A stretch of DNA of 64,000 nt from positions 5,045 through 69,044 of the forward strand of contig JAFSHK010000059.1 in NCBI GenBank assembly GCA_017440375.1, given 5' to 3'. A program made the position numbers and the translations under genes. The stretch comes from Lachnospiraceae bacterium (GTDB lineage Bacteria > Bacillota > Clostridia > Lachnospirales > Lachnospiraceae). Below, one piece after another: positions 60,041 to 64,000 of the stretch. Below the pieces are notes generated by a model. It saw only the letters and a list, made by a program, of their open reading frames with translations, was not told where the DNA came from and did not search any database. Position 1 is the stretch's first letter. Every line of letters begins with the position of its first letter.

Positions 60041-60927
60041 TATTCGTCACCTCCGCAATTTCCGCATCCACCATGATGAGTATCTCCCTCTTGGGCTTTT
60101 AAGAATGCTCTTCCTTCTTCTGTTTTATAAATCTGCTGACGTTTCATCGCCTGATCAAAGTCAACTTTATGTCCATCAAATTCCGGTCCGTCAACACATG
60201 CAAATTTTACTTCGCCGCCAACTGTAACACGGCAAGCACCACACATACCTGTACCGTCAACCATAATCGGATTGAGGCTGACAATTGTCGGAATATTTAA
60301 TTCTTCTGTCATTTTACAAACGAATTTCATCATAATCATTGGTCCGATTGCAACGCAGACATCGTATTTCTTGCCTTCATCAACAAGGTCTTTGATTGTC
60401 TGTGTTACCATACCGCTTCTGCCGTAAGAGCCATCGTCGGTTGTTATGTAGAGATTTCCTGCAACTGCTTCCATCTCTTTTTCCAGAATCAATAAATCTT
60501 TTGTTTTCGCACCAACAATAACATCTGCGTTAATACCTTTTTCATGTAACCACTTCACCTGTGGATATACAGGAGCTGTACCAACACCACCTGCTACAAA
60601 AAGAATATTTTTCTTTTTCAGGCTTTCTTCATCTTCTGAAACAAATTCAGACGGACATCCTAATGGTCCAACAAAATCGTGGAAGCTGTCGCCTGCTTTT
60701 AAGCTGGAAATTTTCTGAGTTCCTGCTCCAACAATCTGGAAAACGATAGTAATTGTTCCCTGTTCTCTGTCATAGTCACAAATAGTCAGAGGGATTCTTT
60801 CTCCTTCTTCGTCCATTCTGACAATAATAAACTGTCCTGGCTGACAGGATTTTGCAACACGTTTTGCCTCAACTACCATGAGGAAAATATTTGTTGTAAG
60901 CTCCTCAGCTTTTAAAATCTTGTACAT
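60040..60927 (-). CDS. nfnA: PyrK/SudB-like FAD/2Fe-2S subunit; probable NfnA
   Basis: PGQFII, ERIPLTI, AGGVG, DGTGMCGACRV, CVDGPEF. Confidence 0.8.
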   Translation of the reverse strand: MYKILKAEELTTNIFLMVVEAKRVAKSCQPGQFIIVRMDEEGERIPLTICDYDREQGTITIVFQIVGAGTQKISSLKAGDSFHDFVGPLGCPSEFVSEDEESLKKKNILFVAGGVGTAPVYPQVKWLHEKGINADVIVGAKTKDLLILEKEMEAVAGNLYITTDDGSYGRSGMVTQTIKDLVDEGKKYDVCVAIGPMIMMKFVCKMTEELNIPTIVSLNPIMVDGTGMCGACRVTVGGEVKFACVDGPEFDGHKVDFDQAMKRQQIYKTEEGRAFLKAQEGDTHHGGCGNCGGDE

Positions 60928-60991
60928 TACTTCTGCTCCTCCTAAACTAAAACATCCCGTTCACATTATCACACAATAACGCATCCTATTT

Positions 60992-61020
60992 ATGATAAAG
61001 GAAGTTTTTTGATTTTGCAA
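60992..61020 (-). promoter_or_regulatory. Sigma-A promoter for nfnAB
   Basis: Minus strand TTGCAA-N17-TATCAT. Confidence 0.55.
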
Positions 61021-61051
61021 TAGTTTTTTTATATTGCACCTAATACTGCAC

Positions 61052-62512
61052 CTAATACGGACCTAACGGAACCGCAATATATGTCCCTTTTTCGTCAAAA
61101 CCTAGTCGCGCTACCTCACCGGTATATACTTGCACAACAAATACTTTGTCGGTTCTGTTCAAAACACCGGTTCCATCGTCATAATACTCATTGATGGTAA
61201 AAAAGCTCTCTTCTCCGATACTGATAACAGAACTAAACTCATAATGGTATGTTATATTCTGGTTTTCTACCTTTCCGCTTGCATCTTGCAAATACCCACT
61301 TTCCACAAGCCCCGCTATCAGCCTTGCAACTGCTTCATCTGTCGAAATTGTATTTTCCAATGTCAATCGGTAAGTACGCATTGTTACCTCACTGGATACC
61401 CCTTCTTCGCTGATATTCACAAATTTAAAGTGTGTATTACCGAGCGGCATCGGAATCGGTCCTGTATACGGTACACTATCTTTGGTCGGCTCAGACCCAT
61501 CGGTCGTATAATATATTTCACACCCTTCCTGTCCTTGTACGGAAATCACCATCGGCTCATGATATTCACCGCTGTAAACAGCAATTTCCGGTGCATTCGG
61601 AACCTCCAGATTGATATGATACGATTTCTTGACAATTTCACTTTCGATACCGTAATCATTCACAAAAAAGGCACTTATCGTATAATCACCACTTTCCAGA
61701 AATAATGGCGCTGTATAAACATCACTATTCTTATTTGGCGTTGTTCCATCCATCGTATAGTAAATTGTTCCTGACGTATTTGAGCTTAATTTTAAAGGTA
61801 TTATTTCTGCATAATCACCTTCTACATAACTGAATTCCGGTTCCTTCGCCATATAACTTTGGAACATATTGACAATCGTATCTTCCTTACAGGCAAGTAA
61901 CAGTGTATTGATTTCTTCGTATCGTCCTTCGTTGGAATATATGGTAATCATTTTGTCATAAGCTTCTTCTACATCTTCATAAGGATATTCTCCCTTATCA
62001 ATAATTTGCTTCAAAGCCTGTAACGCCGACTCATTATCAGACATCAGATAATAATAATCCGCTTTCATAAACAAAATCTGTGCCAGAGAATCGTCCTTTT
62101 CATAAGCTGTATCCAAGTAAGTAATCGCTTGTTCATACGATCCCTGTGCTGCGCACTCTTTTGCTTTGTCGATTTGATAAGAAACCGTATTCACATGATG
62201 AAGATATAGCACATAAGTACTAAGAATAATCAAAAAGACAATTACGGTCGAAATCATAATTCCTAACTTTCGTCTTTTGTTCTCTTTTTCTTCTGCCTCG
62301 TCTACTTCCTCATCCTCTTCCATATCCTGCATTTCCTGCTGTATACTTTCATCCTGTCCTTCATCCTGTAATGCAGCCAATGTAGAAAGTGTTTCCGTTA
62401 TACTATTTTCTATCTCCGGTTCGAAGTCCGGTACCATCTGAATTTCGCTACCGCAAACTTCACAAATCAGATGTCCTTCTTCTATCTCTTTCCCACAATT
62501 TGGGCATTTCAT
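61052..62512 (-). CDS. Zinc-ribbon/TM/TPR-like protein with two Fn3-associated (chitobiase C-terminal-like) domains
   Basis: CPNC...CEVC, a TM segment, helical TPR-like region, IYYTMDGTTP and IYYTTDGSEP motifs. Confidence 0.75.
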   Translation of the reverse strand: MKCPNCGKEIEEGHLICEVCGSEIQMVPDFEPEIENSITETLSTLAALQDEGQDESIQQEMQDMEEDEEVDEAEEKENKRRKLGIMISTVIVFLIILSTYVLYLHHVNTVSYQIDKAKECAAQGSYEQAITYLDTAYEKDDSLAQILFMKADYYYLMSDNESALQALKQIIDKGEYPYEDVEEAYDKMITIYSNEGRYEEINTLLLACKEDTIVNMFQSYMAKEPEFSYVEGDYAEIIPLKLSSNTSGTIYYTMDGTTPNKNSDVYTAPLFLESGDYTISAFFVNDYGIESEIVKKSYHINLEVPNAPEIAVYSGEYHEPMVISVQGQEGCEIYYTTDGSEPTKDSVPYTGPIPMPLGNTHFKFVNISEEGVSSEVTMRTYRLTLENTISTDEAVARLIAGLVESGYLQDASGKVENQNITYHYEFSSVISIGEESFFTINEYYDDGTGVLNRTDKVFVVQVYTGEVARLGFDEKGTYIAVPLGPY

Positions 62513-62527
62513 AAGCCAGTTTCCTTC

Positions 62528-63373
62528 CTAACGATTCAAAACTGCTGACTCCACACAATTGTTCATTAACATCGCAATCGTCATTGGTCCTACTCCGCCC
62601 GGAACCGGTGTGATTGCGCTACAAATAGGAGCCACATCATCATAATCTACATCTCCACACAGTTTATTTTCTTCATTTCTGTGGATACCTACATCAATAA
62701 CAACAGCACCTTCTTTGACATATTCTTTTGTAATCATTTTCGGTTTACCGATAGCCACGATAAGAATATCTGCCCTTTTTGTTACTTCTTGCAAATCCTT
62801 TGTTCGGGAATGGGTTACGGTTACTGTTCCATTTTCACGAAGTAATAAAAGTGACATCGGTTTGCCTACAATGTTACTTCTACCAATAACAACACATTCT
62901 TTTCCCGCAATTTCAATACCGGAGCGTTTCAAAAGCTGAATAATTCCTGCCGGTGTACAAGACACAAAACCCGGTTGTCCAATGCAAAGGGCACCAACAC
63001 TTTGCGGATGGAAACCATCTACATCTTTCATCGGATCAATGGCACGAATAATCGCATCTTCATCAATATGTTTTGGTACCGGAAGCTGCACCAAAATACC
63101 GTTTACATCTTTTCTGTCGTTTAATTCTTTTATTAAATCAATCAATTCTTCCTGTGTTGTCTCTTCCGGTAGCTCATAAGAAAGGGAATCTATTCCAATA
63201 TAGGCACATGCTTTTTTCTTATTATTAACATACACACTGGATGCCGGATCATTTCCGACCTGAATGACTGCAAGACAAATGGATACTCCCTCGGCTTTCA
63301 TAGCTGCAACTTGTTCTTTTAATTCATCTTTAATTTGTGTTGAAATTAATTTTCCATCAATTATCTGTGGCAT
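62528..63373 (-). CDS. folD: Methylenetetrahydrofolate dehydrogenase/cyclohydrolase
   Basis: YVNNK, GILVQLP, KDVDGFH, GRSNIVGKP, TPVPGGVGPMT. Confidence 0.95.
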   Translation of the reverse strand: MPQIIDGKLISTQIKDELKEQVAAMKAEGVSICLAVIQVGNDPASSVYVNNKKKACAYIGIDSLSYELPEETTQEELIDLIKELNDRKDVNGILVQLPVPKHIDEDAIIRAIDPMKDVDGFHPQSVGALCIGQPGFVSCTPAGIIQLLKRSGIEIAGKECVVIGRSNIVGKPMSLLLLRENGTVTVTHSRTKDLQEVTKRADILIVAIGKPKMITKEYVKEGAVVIDVGIHRNEENKLCGDVDYDDVAPICSAITPVPGGVGPMTIAMLMNNCVESAVLNR

Positions 63374-63384
63374 CTTTTTACCTC

Positions 63385-64000
63385 CTAGAAAAGTCCTGTA
63401 ATTACACCATTATCATTTACATCAATTCCGTAAGCTGCCGGTTTTTTCGGTAATCCCGGCATAGTCATAACGGTTCCCGTAAGAACAACTACAAAACCTG
63501 CCCCCGCAGAAACATACGCTTCTCTAACCGTAATTTCAAAATCTTCCGGTTTCCCAAGAAGTTCCGGGTCATCGGATAACGAATACTGTGTTTTTGCCAT
63601 ACATACCGGCATATTTCCAAATCCCAGTTCTTCCAATTTCTGTAACTGCTTGCTTGCTGACTGTGCGTAATTTACACCTTTCGCACCGTATATTTCTTTT
63701 GCTACAGCTTCAATTTTCTCTTTTAAAGAAAGAGAATCTTCATAAAGTACATGAAAATCGGAGGGTTTTGTCTCCAATGTATGTAATACTTTCTTGGCAA
63801 GCGCAATACCACCCTCGCCTCCTTTTTCCCAAACCTCAGAAATGGCAAATTCGCAATTTCTTTCTTCACAGAACTTCTGTACAAAAGCAATTTCTGCTTC
63901 GGTATCGGTAACAAAAGAATTCAAGGTAACGACAATCGGAGCACCATACTTTTGTAAATTCTCAATATGTTTCTCCAGATTAACAATCCCCTTCTGTAAT
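63385..64000 (-). CDS. fhs: Formate--tetrahydrofolate ligase, 3' part (start beyond the window)
   Basis: Frame stays open to the window end ([14 protein letters not shown]...); [32 protein letters not shown]. Confidence 0.92.
   Translation of the reverse strand, partial: LQKGIVNLEKHIENLQKYGAPIVVTLNSFVTDTEAEIAFVQKFCEERNCEFAISEVWEKGGEGGIALAKKVLHTLETKPSDFHVLYEDSLSLKEKIEAVAKEIYGAKGVNYAQSASKQLQKLEELGFGNMPVCMAKTQYSLSDDPELLGKPEDFEITVREAYVSAGAGFVVVLTGTVMTMPGLPKKPAAYGIDVNDNGVITGLF

Overview
Gene-dense, mostly core chromosomal segment of a low-GC spore-forming Firmicute. Gene content and order look like Lachnospiraceae (inference). About 63 CDS are present, 58 of them on the minus strand. Main content: partial hisZ, recU, pseudouridine synthases, ylbJ, coaD/rsmD, a topoisomerase IV-like gyrB/gyrA paralog pair, a hybrid kinase and a GGDEF protein, ldh, leuCD with a divergent LysR gene, ilvB-ilvN-ilvN-ilvC, a MetH lacking the activation domain, upp/uraA, an ArsR-HMA-P1B ATPase metal module, proB/proA, the yqfC-yqfD-phoH-(degenerate pgpH)-ybeY operon, pdp, rlmH, nfnAB, folD and partial fhs. 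I found no rRNA, tRNA, CRISPR array, transposase, integrase or prophage, and no clear multi-gene novel system. The best leads are small-scale: a 5'-truncated AT-rich trmO-like fragment bounded by an 8-bp direct repeat, an AT-rich HxlR/PNPOx pair on the other side of the same LysR gene, a PgpH homolog with HD changed to HR, a PD-(D/E)xK-like/wHTH ORF overlapping a hybrid kinase, a terminator-like hairpin inside an amidase CDS, an 8-bp periodic operator array at the his promoter, and inverted repeats at the divergent upp/uraA promoters. All calls come from reading motifs by eye; no searches were run.
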